Translations under genes and position numbers: made by a program
In this document: positions 1-13,143 of the stretch, in pieces
Numbering within the stretch: the stretch's first letter is position 1
Layout of the letters: every line of letters starts with the position of its first letter
Notes under the pieces: model-generated
Told to the model about the DNA's origin: nothing
What the model saw: only the letters and a program-made list of their open reading frames with translations
The model's database searches: none
NCBI RefSeq assembly: GCF_018350175.1
Contig: NC_058368.1
Location: 44,022,001-44,086,000, forward strand
DNA length: 64,000 nucleotides
From: Felis catus
Taxonomy: Eukaryota
Reading direction: 5' to 3'

Positions 1-228
1 CAGAATATCTATAAGAAGATATTAGAATAGCATGAAAAATATAAGGTATCTCTCAAAATAAGCAAATATTTATGCTTATAAATGTAGGAATTATCTCTTT
101 TAAAACTATTAGGTACATTAAAATATAAATATATTTTCATTTGGAGGCTAAGTAGTTCAGGAGGTCTTAGAAACTTCAAATAAAGCTATGAAGCTATGAT
201 AATGAACATACAATGGAAATGTGGATGG

Positions 229-491
229 TATTTTATTTTATTATTGACTTTATTTTATTATTTTATTTTATTTCATTTTATTTTATTTTTAAACGTTTCT
301 TTCTTCATTTGAGACAGAGAGAGAAACAGCATATGCACGGGACAGGTAGAGGGAGAGGGAGAGAATCCCAAGTAGACCACACAAGCAGTGCAGAGCCCTA
401 CATGGGGGCTTGAACTTATGAACTATGAGAGCATGACCCGAGCCAAAATCAAGAGTCAGTTGCCTAACAAACTGAGCAAGCCAGGTACCTC
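229..491 (-). mobile_element. Can-SINE (SINEC, older subfamily) with long (TTTTA)n tail
   Basis: Reverse complement of the tRNA-derived SINEC body (gagaatcccaag...catgacccgagccaaaatcaagagtcag...ccaggtacctc), preceded by an AT-rich tail. Confidence 0.92.
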
Positions 492-568
492 ATGTATTTT
501 AAATTTCAACTATACTCAGGAATAATGAAAAAAAATTCAGTAAGATGTGATATATCTATATATACAGA

Positions 569-1232
569 TGTCATAGACTCTGGGTCTGGAGTTCTCTCTT
601 GTCCAGCAAGAGAGTGGGACACGGGATTAAAAATGTGAGAGAGGCTAATGTCCAGAAGACAAGATCCTCAAGTAAGGGTCCTTGCTCCATTTTTATTAGG
701 ATCAGAAGACTTACAAGTGTGATGGGCATGCACAAAGAGAAAATGAAACCCTGAACATTAACTCATGGCTGTGGGGAAAAGGGGGGGGTTGGAGGTATGT
801 GGTGTTAGGGGTTTGGGTAAATACAAAACAAGATCCTGGTGCTGGGAGGAAGGGTGTTTACAGCAAACATGAGGCCTCCCCTCTGATTACCTAAACTGGC
901 CTAAGGGACAAGAAAGACAGAGCATACTACCTCAGGGGCAACAAGGCATCTTTCTTTTGCTAATTAGCTCCGATCTGGGCAACTTTGCCCCTCTGCAGTC
1001 TATAGCCCTATTTACCTGTTTACCTAATTAGTCCTTCCTTCCTGTGGAAGCAGCTTTCTGCTATTGTCCTATACCTTGTCCTATACTGGTGGCCTTTGCC
1101 CCATTTACCTAATCTTATTTGCCTAATCTTGTTTACCCAAACTTGGGTGTGTTCATCCTATGGCTTTCTAATTGTTTATGCCTTGTTAACCCATCAGTGC
1201 AGGCTCAGGAAATTCCCACCCTTGTTCCTACA
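569..1232 (-). mobile_element. Solo ERV LTR (probably a carnivore ERV family)
   Basis: GC-richer block of about 660 bp bounded by TG (569) and CA (1232) in AT-rich flanks. Minus-strand AATAAA (tttatt 692-697) lies about 120 bp from its 3' end. It contains short internal direct repeats (tttacctaa). Confidence 0.7.
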
Positions 1233-3044
1233 TATATAGAGAGAAACTACCACTTACTTACTGCATTTTCAGTTTATAGGGCACTTTTACTTTAGTAGTT
1301 TTTTCAAATTCAGCAATATTGTGAAATAGATACAACTATTCTTATGTTGAACTTTTTAGACACCCTACTATTTATTAGTGTCATTAGCTATGAATTGTCT
1401 GTCCAAATTCATTATGATATAATTATATCTCAAAATCTCTGAGGCTACTATGAATCATATCACTTTGGAAATTATGAAATGCTAAACAATAATATATTTT
1501 CAAGATGTGAATGTGAATAAGTAGGTATATCCCAAACCACAAGGATTTGAAATATTTTCCCAGTAAATCTTCACAAAGAATGGGAAATAAAATGAATAGA
1601 CACTTTATGAAGGATACCAAAAAGCTATGCTCTATACAGGTGGGTGTCCCTGATTGACCAGGAGACTGTTAAATCTTTTACAGATTGAGTTTGCATTAAT
1701 GTTACATAAAGATGTTGTACTAATATGTTTCTGAACTCTCCCTATGGTTACATTTCAAAACACAGTAACAAGTATTATTTAGGAGTGTGGAAATCACGCT
1801 GTCTGCCTTGCACCTCTCAGTGTTTCTTCCAAAAATCAGCCTTGTCCTTCTTAAGGTGACTAAGTCTATGGAAACTCCCACTGCTTACTTATTACTGTCA
1901 ATCATTTCACTTTTATTGAATAGCAAGGAGGGAAAACAAAATCCTTAAGAAAATGTGCCAATCAAATTAAAATGCTAAGTAAGATTACACTGAGCCTGTG
2001 TTGCGATGTAATTCAGCAATAAAATATCAGAGTTCACAGAACTAAAAAATTTTAAAAAAAAGTTTAAAAAATAGTATAATAGAAATGATGAGCAGTAGAA
2101 AAGAGAAAGAGAGGTAAATTCAGGAAATGAGAAGAGGATGTACTGAGGGACCTAAGGAAGATGTCAAATAGAATAATTTAGTGTGGATACATGGTTTGAG
2201 AACTGCTTTGTGGAGGTATTTTTTTATAAACAGTTTACAAGGGAAAGTTTCCCCATGATCTATTTATTTTGAAAGTGAATGTCTCTTTCTACTTTGTTTT
2301 GAAGATGGACATGTTAGCAACCGTTATCAAATTTTATATGCTTCTCTTTCTCTATAAAGATATGAAGAAATTTTTCCAATTATCCTATTGAGTACACTAA
2401 AATAAGGCTGAGGCAGAACTTTTTATCATAATTTTCTGAGATAATTAGACAATCAGACATCAACAGAAATCATATACATTTTTATCATCTTTATACTTGG
2501 TTTCATAAAAGATCATTGCACTCTCATCTATAGTATAATTTAACAACACTAGAAAATGCTGTCTTATATGATACTATAAGAAAATATAAAATTTTGACAA
2601 ACAATAAAAATACTGAAATGTAACTCAAAAAGTACAGAATATTTTTTAATATAACATTTCAGTTAAAGAATAATTTAGCTCAGATATGTATTATCTCTCT
2701 TATAAAGTTTGTTAATGAACACAGGAAACTTACTTAAATATATGCAAACATGGAAAATGCTTAAGATATTGTACAATAAAAACCCTAAAGTTATATAATC
2801 TATTTTTGTTGTTGTTACTCTTGACCAACCTATTTCTTTTCCTTTCTAGGGAGGAGATAAAAATAATTTATTTGAGAGAGCAGCTGAAGAAAAACGAAAC
2901 TAAATCATGTGTGTCTGCATGTGAGTGTGTGTGTAAATGTGTGCACACATGTGTATGTATTAATCGTGCTTCACTACTTAGCAGATAGTCTAGAGGAACT
3001 TTCTACTTATTTTCATTTTAAGTCAGGCCCACTCAGTCAAAGCT

Positions 3045-3195
3045 CATTCACCATGTTACACACCAGAAACTGAGAATCTGAGAAGTTACTTTGCTTCTCA
3101 AGATCACATAGCTAACACGGAAGAGGAGGAATGAGAATTTCAAACAAACTTTTGTGACACCAAAGCTACCTGTAGTTTCCCACTAAACTATGTTC
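3045..3195 (-). mobile_element. MIR fragment
   Basis: Degenerate MIR core: ccatgttaca...gaaactgagaatctgagaagttactttgcttctcaagatcacatagctaa. Confidence 0.75.
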
Positions 3196-3684
3196 CATGC
3201 TCTGTATTATTTATGACAATTTGGAGGGGGGAGCATGGAGGTATAATTGGAATAGCCATACTTGAAAATGTTTTTGAAAGCAAAGTATTATTGCTTCTCA
3301 CCATTTCTAGTTTGATTTAATGCTGTTTATCTGCACTGCATAGATGTTATATTCAGTGGAAACTAAAAGCATTAAGACATTGAATATTTATCTAAAACAG
3401 ACTTAAATATCATAAAAATTATTGAGGTGAGAGTTCACTGAACATGAGTGCATGATCTTTAGCTGGAAGCTTGCATAAGCTTAATCAAAATTACTTATAA
3501 TGGAAAAAATGAAATCAGCATTTAGTTTTCTCTTCTTGATAGTTAAAACAGTGGCATTTTTCTCAATTCTCTGGCTTCCAAAATATGAAAAAAAATTGAA
3601 TCTAGTCAATAATATAAATCCTTCAAATGGCCCTTATCTCTGATGAGGAAATTGGCCTATTTTCCCCAATACTTTAATGCCAAA

Positions 3685-4711
3685 CATTAATCATGAAGGG
3701 AATTCAATCAAAACCAAAATGAGATGCTACTATGTACATATTAGAATGACCAAACTAAAAGAATTGAAGGTACCAGTTGTTGGTGAGGGAATTGTTTGGC
3801 TGGGACTATAATACTGTGCTGATGAAAAGGTAAACTGTAAAAACAATCAGAAAACAGTTTGGCATTATCTTACAAATGTAAACATGCACTTACCTTAAAA
3901 CGCAACAATTCTACTCCTGGATATTTACCTAAAAGAAATGCAGAAATACATACATACGTATCTTCCACAACAATATGTATAGGTATGTTTAAGATATCAT
4001 TCATAATAGCCAGAATGTGGAAGCAACCCAAATACCTATCAGCTTGTGTGGGTAAATTACAGGGTATCAGTACATTTGCATACTATTGAAAAATCAATAG
4101 GGAAAACTAGATACTCAAACATGCAACATGCCTCAATTTGAAATACATTTGGGGCGCCTGGGTGGCGCAGTCGGTTATGCGTCCGACTTCAGCCAGGTCA
4201 CGATCTCACGGTCCGGGAGTTCGATCCCCGCGTCAGGCTCTGGGCTGATGGCTCAGAGCCTGGAGCCTGTTTCCGATTCTGTGTCTCCCTCTCTCTCTGC
4301 CCCTCCCCCATTCATGCTCTGTCTCTCTCTGTCCCAAAAATAAATAAAAAACATTGAAAAAAAAAATACATTAAACTAAGTGTATTCAAGCCAGACACAG
4401 AAGACTGCATACTGAATGATTGCATTTACATTATATTGCATTCATTAAACTGAAAATAATAACTAACTAAATAAATAAATAGATGTATGTATGTACGTAT
4501 GTATTTATGTAAGAACAGAAAAGGAGCGATGATGTTCAAGAAACTGAGAGAGGGCATATGATTGATTTATCAGCTCAGGAGATATTTTGGAAGTGATGAG
4601 ACCATTCTAATCTTGGTGGTCATTGCATGATTATATGCATACATCAAAACTCATCAATTATTACACTTACAATTGGTAAATTTCATTATGTGTATATACT
4701 ACCTCAATAAA
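3685..4711 (+). mobile_element. Old LINE-1 (L1M-type) ORF2 end and 3' UTR, split by a SINE
   Basis: caaaaccaaaatgagatgctac, gcaattctactcctggatatttacc and tggaagcaacccaaata are L1 ORF2-end motifs. It ends in acctcaataaa. Confidence 0.85.
4151..4363 (+). mobile_element. Young felid SINE (SINEC_Fc)
   Basis: CpG-rich ggggcgcctgggtggcgcagtcgg head, (CT) tract and A tail. TSD aaatacatt at 4141-4149 and 4364-4372. Confidence 0.97.
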
Positions 4712-4960
4712 TGAATTCTATATAGTTTCTCCTCTAGCAAACAAACATGTTTTGGAAATAATGTTAATCAAAATTTATTTACTGTTGGGATTGGGCAATT
4801 GTTTAGCCTCAGAGTACCTCTGTACCCTGGTTATGAAAATATTTATGCCAGTAATTCCTTCTTCTGACTGAAAAAAATTAAGTTGCTAACCCTAAGAGAA
4901 TGCAAACATGCCTTAGAAGTGGATCTTAAATGTTTTCCTTCCTAAGAACCAAATGTAATG

Positions 4961-5103
4961 CTGGTTAAAACACAGATCCCTGCCTCTGGCTCCCAGAGAA
5001 TATGATCTAGCTGTTATGGGTTAATACATGAATTTGCATTTCTAGCAAGATCCCAGGTGAATCTGATGTTGCAAGTACATGAACCATACTTTAAGTTGCA
5101 CTG
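4961..5103 (-). mobile_element. MER5A-like hAT-Charlie DNA transposon fragment
   Basis: gttaaaacacagat...gaatttgcatttctagcaagatcccaggtga...catactttaagttgcactg matches the recalled MER5A consensus. Confidence 0.8.
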
Positions 5104-5859
5104 CACTAGATTTTTGTTGGTCTTAGATAAGATTCATTTCACCTGTAGGTTCTATAGTCTATACCTTTTCTGTTAAAGCCAAGTTCTTTAGCCCTTCTTT
5201 TGTAAAGGAGTCCCAAACAGAAGGCCCCTATAGTTTTTTGGATCTTGGGGCTCAGGTGAGGGAGAAGGAAAAGGGGCCAGGACTGGAAAATAGTGAGTAC
5301 TGAATCAGAGTAAAGAAAAGCATCTCAACTTTCCCTCCTCTCTCCTTGATAAGGAGGTCTCAACAGTGGCAGCTGAGGACAGCCTCTGCTAAATCCTGCT
5401 CGCCCCAACACCCATAGAAAGACTTCTAAATGGAGGTATCTGGATATGCATAAGAGCAGGGTGTGAGTGCAGGGGATGAGAGAGTTGTTGAGTCCTTGAT
5501 AGCGACTCTTTCATACTCTGCAAAGCACTGTTTATGAACTAAGTCTGTGTGAAGAGGGCAGCTTTCTACTGTGAGGCCCTCCAGGTAAAGCCTTTGTCAC
5601 TGACTATTCTCAGGCCTGAAAAATCACACAAACCCCTCCAGAGTGCAGTCGCTAATATCTCAGGTGCATCCAGAGGGTCTGCAATGATCTCAATAACATA
5701 TCTGGAACTTTGATGCTGGCTGGCTGGTCTCTCTCCAACTGGGCTCTTATTGTAGACTATCTACTACTGGCATTTGAAAGAGTATATTGTTTGAAATTTA
5801 TTAGAATTAGAGATAAGGTGGCTGTGGTCATTGCTATGGTATTAATTACCTCTCACAAG

Positions 5860-6400
5860 GATTGTTAAAATTGCCTCCTATGTGGCCTTTCTTTTTACAC
5901 TATTGCCATGTCACAGTCAAACCTAATCCACAAACCAGAGCGTCTTAAAAATTACAACTCAGTTCACGTAATCCTTTTCCTCAAATTTTAGAGCAATTTT
6001 CCATTTCATTTAGAAGAGTAAGTGAACTCATTACTCATTACTACTTTCAATAAAGTCATAAAAGAACCAGACCCTGCTTACCTATCTGCTTCCTCTCCTC
6101 CTCTCCTTCTTTATTATTATGCAGATAACATTGGCCCTTGTTCCTATTTTTCAAAAATGACAATGATTTTCAGTGTAATTTCCTCAGAGGGCATTAGATG
6201 ACTATTGTTACCTGACTGCCCATGTAACTTGAATTACTTTGAAACACATTTTTTCTGTTGTATTTTTTTCACAAAGTTTCTCAAAAGAAATTACTTGTTA
6301 ATTATACATGCCTTTACCACACCAGATTATAAGTTTTCTGACAGAAGGACACTTGTCCATAATTCACTTGAACCTCCATGGCAAGTTATATTGCTGTTAT
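5860..6400 (+). mobile_element. L2 3' region (degenerate)
   Basis: ccacaaaccagagcgtcttaaaaattacaactcagttcacgtaatcc and ccagattataagttttctgacagaaggacacttgtc resemble L2 3' motifs. Confidence 0.65.
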
Positions 6401-8084
6401 CATGGCAGGTCTGATATTTATCATTTATACAGCTACCATATATACTGAGGTTAAAGCTTTATTTAGTTATTATTTAAATATATTAGGAAATATATTTTCT
6501 ACTTATAATCATTGCAATTGTTCATCATAAAATCTTTGACCATAATCAAATTTTGCAAAGGGTTTTGTAAACATAATCAGAACTCAAATGGCTTTTATGA
6601 ACTGTTACTTAATATTTTCTTGCAACATTGTTTTGTTTATATTTTTATAGGTGATAAAATTATATGTATTTTTACTTTCTTTTGAGTATTTTATTAGCTT
6701 ACCTTTTGAACATAAGTGAATTATTTTCCCTTACAAGTCTTACAGTGCAATGAAGAACAAGTCTTGAACTATAATATTGATAGTTCTGATTCATGATTAA
6801 GCTATAGCCCACTTTCTAAGACAATAATAATACAGATTAACAGTTCATCTAGGAGGAGTTCTGAGTGTGAAAGAAAAATAAGCTGAAATATACTTCCCAA
6901 ATAAAATGAAATGGAAGCTAGACCACAATTAGGCACCAGGATATAATAATGAGAATAAGTTTACATAACACTTGAAAGTGAACTAGTGGCATACAGGTAA
7001 AACAAAACAAAACAAACAAAAAAACGTCAGCCTCAAAACCTTTTTTAGGACCCAATCCCAATCCAGTCTGAAAGGTTTATAACGTTAGGCTAGCAGAATC
7101 CAAAGCAAACAAGCAAGAGGCTACAGACAGATAAGAACTTGAGGCAAATACAAAATGAGAAAGAAAACAAAAGTCTATCTGACACCTGGGACTAGGGATA
7201 AGGAGACTAAGGAAAGAGAGCTAAAAGCTTTTTATCAACACAGCCAACCCTGGAAAAATCAATGGACCCCAGGGAACTATACATGTGTTTTCTTTTGTGC
7301 CTATCCTGTCTGATTCCCATACAGGATACTAAACGGGACTGGTAATTCAAGTGGGGAATCTAGGATTTAAATATCACACAGTATTTTGAAAAGATATTAA
7401 TCAGCTAGTCTGCATTAATAAAATACAACACACAAAAAATCATACATAAAACATGCATGGATATATACTGTATTCATGAAATAAGACAATGTAGAAAACT
7501 CATAACAATGACTTTTTTTGAGTTGGGCAGTTTAACATAATGAATTTTTAATTGCCTAGGAGAGTAAAGAGGATAAGAAACCTTAATATAAGGCAGTAAT
7601 TTACTATTGCAAATGGTTCTGGAGGTCATCTTAACTACTGAATATATTACAAGAGCAATCAAGTTGCCCCATCAAGTAATCATGTAACACAGCATCCTCA
7701 ACATCTCTATTCCTTTAATATGGTAATCATCTAAACAGACAAATTCAAAATAAAAATTTAAGACTCCATGTTTGTGGTAAACTACATAAAATGTAACTGT
7801 ACACCACCAAAAGAAATTGTTTCTCATGGTTATGAGCCGTTAGAAGACATTTAAAAAAAATATATATATAATATATATATAATATATGTAATATTACATA
7901 TATATATGAAGTGCACAGCATCTTTTAACAATATATTTTTGTGCTTGCTTTTTAAAACATATTCAAAAAGAATATGGTACAATCATTTTAGGGAATTCCA
8001 AGACCTAGCACCTAGTATTTGCAGATCTAAATTTAAGAAGCCTCCATATTGTAATGATCAGAACTCCTACAAATATTTTGGAGC

Positions 8085-8425
8085 TCCTATTTGTAAGCAC
8101 CCAAGCTTCCCCACACATCTTAAAGCTAGATGTGGCCATGTTTTCCCTGGCCATTGGAGTGTGAGTGGCAGTAACCCATGGCATTGTTTAGAGGCCTCTG
8201 AGGGCCGAGATATAATTTTCTATATCTGCTTCTTCCATGATACAGTTGGTGTAAGGACTCATTAAGATAAGCATTTTCTGCCTACATCCCCAGCTTAGGA
8301 AAACAAGCAGAACCTCCAGGTCTGAGGCGGTTATGTAGCATGGGAAAATAAAACATGTGATGCATCACTAAGGTTGGTGAGGGAACAGGCTATAACTTCA
8401 GCATGTCCAGTTTATCCTGACTCCT
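8085..8425 (+). mobile_element. MaLR LTR (MLT1I/J-like)
   Basis: gctagatgtggccatg...ctggccattggagtgtgagtggcagt is a typical MLT1 motif. Confidence 0.6.
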
Positions 8426-8735
8426 ATAACCCACTTCTCATGCTGATCCTGTGATACTGCTATGAGCTACACTACTATTCAATTATACCCCAAAAAAGAA
8501 GTATTAAGATCAGCTATTTTTTGTACAAAATTAGGTTTAAAAAAGTTCTTTGAGGACCTGAAGCATAAAATATGAGAGCAGGAGGAAATATAATTTTGCT
8601 ATATCCAAGAAGATAAGATTTGATGATTTTTTTCAATGTGATCACTCAGAGCCAAATATGATTACTTATATTCTAGTACCAATAACAAAAAAGAAATTAA
8701 TGCCATATTGGATATATGAGATTTAGAAGGATGGA

Positions 8736-8748
<13 letters not shown>

Positions 8749-8772
<24 letters not shown>
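8749..8772 (+). repeat. (CA)12 microsatellite
   Basis: Perfect CA dinucleotide run read directly. Confidence 0.97.
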
Positions 8773-8775
<3 letters not shown>

Positions 8776-9350
8776 GTATTTATGCATATATGTTGCATGC
8801 AGCTGCATTAACATATTTATATAAACATAACATATACTGAAGAGTGGGAATTTATGAAAATAATCATCTTGCCTACTGGTATAGTCACAAATTAAACCTA
8901 TTGTACAGTTTTCTTTTTTTACCTTCCTCTTAATATTGAGTAAATGGAATCACAATGCATATATGCATCTTCTGTGCCTGTTTCTTTAGCACAGCATTTT
9001 TGTCAGGTTTACCTACATTTTTGTGTGTAACTACAGTTTGGTTATAGGTTGTTTTCACATGACACATGATGTGTACTACTCTATTGTATGCATATACAAC
9101 AAAATTTTATGCATTCTATTGTTGATATTTTAATTTTTGGAAGGGACTATTATTAACAATGTTGTTATGAAAAAAAACTGTACATTTCTCACACTGCACA
9201 TGTGCAAGCATTTTTGAAGAACACATGCATGAAATTTGAATTGTTGGCACAATGGTTATGCCTATGTTTAATTTAGTTAATTCAAATGGTCTTCAAGAGT
9301 CTTTGTAATATACCCTCCCACAAGCAATGCTTAAAAGTCCACATTCTCCT

Positions 9351-9463
9351 GGGCATCTTGTAGGCACAGACAGTGAAGCATGGACTCTCAATCTTGGGGT
9401 TATAAGTTCAAGGCCCCACATTGGGCGTAGATATTACTTTAAAAAATCTTACCAAAAAAAAAA
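9351..9463 (+). mobile_element. Short tRNA-Lys-derived Can-SINE (no CT tract)
   Basis: gcatggactctcaatcttggggttataagttcaaggccccacattgggcgtagatattact plus A tail. TSD-like agtccacatt on both sides. Confidence 0.85.
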
Positions 9464-9494
9464 AGAGTCCACATTGTCTTCATTATATCAAGAT

Positions 9495-9530
<36 letters not shown>

Positions 9531-9713
9531 CTCATCTGGAGTAGGGGTAAAGACCTGATATATTATTGTAATTTGAATTTCATTTTCTCATTCATTAAGC
9601 AGTGTTAAAATATTTTCATATGTTTATTGGCCATTTTGATATGTCCTTCTACTGTCTCTTATCCAATGTTATGTTGTGATGTCTGGTTTTTTTTACTGGT
9701 TTGAAGGAGCTTA

Positions 9714-9922
9714 TTTAAATTTTTTAAAGTTTATTTATTTATTTTGAGAGAGAGAGAGCGAGTGGTGAAAGGGCAGACAGAGAGAGGGAGCAAGAGAATC
9801 CCAAGCAGGCTCTATGCCTAGTACAGAGCCCAACGTGGGGCTAGATCTCACAACTCTGAGTTCGTGACCTGAGCAGAAACCAGGAGTCAGATGCTTAACC
9901 AATGGAGCCATCCAGGTGCCCC
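9714..9922 (-). mobile_element. Can-SINE (SINEC)
   Basis: tttatttattttgagagagag...gagaatcccaagcagg...gagccatccaggtgcccc, flanked by tgaagg repeats. Confidence 0.95.
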
Positions 9923-10581
9923 TGAAGGGATTCTTAACATATATTCTGGACTAGACACCTTATTTGATTACACATGTTGCAAATAAATTCTTCTACTCCA
10001 TGGTACCTATTTTTAAAATATTTTTTTCTTAAAAAAAGACAATTATTCTTAAAGTTACCTTATATATCCTATAAAGAGAGTTTCTGTACTCTAGAGATGT
10101 ATATGTTATTTTATTTTAGATTTTAGTATATTTATTGTTTTACATTTCCTATATAATTTATCATTTTAAATGATGTCAAATAGGAGTTGTATTTCATTTT
10201 CTTCCCTACGGACATACAATGTTGCCTAGCTGATTGAAGCACTATCCTTACCCAATTGCTCCAAAGTACCATCTGTGTCCAACACAAGTGACCAAATGTG
10301 TACGCATCCGATTCTGCTCTTTCAATTGTGTTTCATTCCAACCACACCCTACTCTTTTCCTCATTTTAAACATTAAATAATTCTTGATATATGATAGTCC
10401 TTCAACTCCCTTTTTCTTAAGTTTACGCTGAGTACTTTTGGCTTTTTTTTTTTACCTAATAATTTCCAAATTTATAAATTTAAACCTACTTTGCATTTTA
10501 ATTTGTTTGTGATTATATGGTATTATTGGCCTGTACATTTAATTTCTTGTAATGTCCTTGTTGAGTTTTCGTGTGTTTGTA

Positions 10582-11385
10582 TTTTTTTAAAGACTTTATT
10601 TTCTCAGAGCAGTTTTATGTTCACAGCAATATTGAGAGGAAGGTACATACCTTTGTATGTATCTCTTGCTTCTACACATGCCTAGCCACCCCCTTTACCC
10701 ATAGTGGTACATTTGTTAAAATGGATGAACCTTCACTGACACATCAAAATCATAGTTTACATTACAGGTCACTCTTGGTATTATGCATCCTATGGATTAC
10801 ACAAGAGTATAATGGCATGTATCATCATTATAGTATCATACAGAGTATTTTACTGCCCTAAAAATCCTTTGTGCTTCACGTATTCATCTCACCACCTACC
10901 CTCCCCCCAAATCCCCTGATCTTTCTACTGTCTCTATAGTTTTGCCTTTCCAAGAATGTTATATATTCCAAGTCATACAGATTTTCAGATTGGCTTCTTA
11001 CACTTAATAATATACATTTTAAGTTTCTTCTGTGTTTTTTCATAGCTTGACAGCTCTTTTCTTTTTAGAGTTGAATGGTATTCCATTGTCTGGACGTATC
11101 ACAGTTTATTTATCCATTTACCTACTAGGGGGCATCTTGATTGCTTCTAAGTTTGGGCAATTATGAATAAAGCTGCTATAAATATCTGTGTGCAGGGTTT
11201 TATGTGGACATAATTTTTCAGCTGTTGGATAAATACAAAGGAGCACAATTGCTGGATCAGATGGTAAGAGTATGCTTAGTTTTATAAGAAACTACAAATT
11301 GTCTTCCAAAGTGGCTGTACTATTCTGCATTCCCATCAGCAATGAATGAGAGTTTCCATTGCTCAACATCCTCACCACCATCATG
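10582..11385 (-). mobile_element. LINE-1 3' end (L1MC1-like)
   Basis: gagcagttttatgttcacagcaa, gtggtacatttgttaaaatggatgaacct and ttccaaagtggctgtactattctgcattcccatcagcaatgaatgagag. Confidence 0.9.
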
Positions 11386-12494
11386 TGTTACCTTACAAAA
11401 ACTGACAATAGGCTTGTCCATGAAGCGGATCTCAAAAAAGTTCAAAACATTGATACTATGCAGGATATTATCTTTTGACATAGGTATTTTGAAGTGACTA
11501 GCAATAACTAACATTTTCTTCACTTATATCAACAAGTTGTTTTGATGTGAAAATGAATTTAATTGTTCTAGACTACTATGGGTTATATAAAATTGTTATT
11601 AACATTTTTATCGTTGACATCTCAGCATTTAGAGAAAGTGACTTCATAACAGCATCAGTGAACATAATTTGCATCACACGACTAGAAAATTGGGAAGGTA
11701 GGATTTAATTGTGAACCATCTAATTCCATCCCTTACTTTGGCAGTTTGAGTATTTTTTACCTTCTTTCTAGATCTGCCTAAGGAGAGATCAAAACGCCAT
11801 CCTGTGACTCACCTACAACTTTGCTTTCAGGTTCCATTGTAGCTGTGTCTTCACAAGTGAACTTACCTTTCATCAGGTAGAACTACTTAAAGGAAAATAG
11901 AAGATATTTGATTCTTCTCATATACAGGATTCTCTTGTACTCCATATAATTCTTTTCAGCCCCTGGTCTTAATCTGTCTGCTCATATGAACATTACCTTG
12001 TTAGAGAGAAATCAACTTTCTAAACCTGCCAAGGTTCTAGGTTATTTGCTTAGCAGTCAAATTTAATATCTAACTGTAGGGACACAGGACCTTTCCTGGC
12101 AATACCATATTGTTCTCTTTTCTCTTTTATTCTGGAAAGTTCTCTGTGTACCATGCAAGTCACATAGGCAGACTTCCTTTTACTCAAGATTTAAAGTAAC
12201 CAACACACTTCAACATTGAAGATTTCTTGCTCAGATCCCAAATCCTGATTCCAATAATAAATGATGTTACACTTTAAAAGTGTTCTGCCCATGTTTAGCA
12301 AGCGTTGCCATTCTCTAAAGCCAGCATATATCAGATACCTCTCTAATCTTCTCACTATCTCTAATTAAAATGAACAGACTAGTACCTATTATCGGAAGCT
12401 TCATGGTACCAAGTCTTATAAAATCAAAGCTTTTGGTAGCAAAGAATCTGCTAACATAAGACAAAAATACATTTAATATAAGGCTACTGGATAT

Positions 12495-12685
12495 ATCACA
12501 AATTTAGCAAAAACTTAAATACAGGGTGCCCAGTTATATTGGAAATTCTGTTAATAACAGCAGCAACAACAAAAAAGAAATGTATGCTCCATGCAACATT
12601 TGGAATATACTTCTTGAAAATAGTATTTCTTGTTTACCTGAAATTCAAATTTAACCCTGTGTCCTGTGTTTTCTCTGGTAACTAC
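12495..12685. mobile_element. MER53 palindromic hAT MITE
   Basis: aaatacagggtgcccagttatattggaaattctg ... ctgaaattcaaatttaaccctgtgtcctgtgttttctctggtaac: imperfect inverted arms matching recalled MER53. Confidence 0.85.
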
Positions 12686-13143
12686 ATTTAGATAAGCAAC
12701 ACAAACACACAGACATGCCACTGTTAAACACTACCAAAAACAATCTCTTTTTCTCATTGCTTGCAACTGGTGCTACTCGGTAAGATTGCTGCCATACTGG
12801 TCACTGTTTCTGCAGCTTTGGAAATGGCTCCGCAGCTGAATTTTAAACTGACCTTTTGTTTTCAAGTTATTTCCTTGAGACTTAAATTCTTAAACTCTTA
12901 CTTAGAAGCTTCATTTGTCTGTGACCTTAACACCAGTACGAGACTAAGGGATTTTTATGTTCACTCAATTCTTTAGTGGAAAAATAAGCCTTATCTCACG
13001 CCAAATTAGATGGAGGTCAAGGTGGGGAGAGGGTTCCCCTCCAAAATAGTACATTTGTATCATAGTGAATGGCATAAAATGTTTTTACTCATTATTGTAT
13101 GTTACTGAATGGAGATTACATTAGTTACAAATAATTAACCAGA

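Larger units (their letters stand above)
8870..10560 (-). mobile_element. Old LINE-1 (L1ME-like) carrying two SINE insertions
   Basis: Antisense L1 motifs: aaatggaatcaca, tgtaatttgaatttcattttctc, ttttcatatgtttattggccattt, atattctggactaga. Confidence 0.75.

Noticed and set aside
2830..2990. Polypyrimidine tract plus AG (tttcttttcctttctag) as a splice acceptor
   Set aside because: No recognisable coding sequence or clear donor follows; it runs into a TG-rich simple repeat.
4128..4343. Recurrent 'AQSLEPVSDSVSPSLS' ORF family (also at 26770, 35565, 38462, 40645, 49087)
   Set aside because: Incidental translations of Can-SINE bodies, not a gene family.
5200..5780. Moderately GC-rich block as a promoter or exon
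   Set aside because: CpG-poor, no sustained ORF and no family I can recognise; possibly an old LTR-element piece, but unsupported.
7906..8265. 119-aa ORF
   Set aside because: It starts in a TA repeat and runs into an MLT1 LTR; no recognisable protein similarity.
9351..9440. tRNA-Lys gene
   Set aside because: Degenerate tRNA-like head with an A tail and TSD, so a SINE rather than a functional tRNA.
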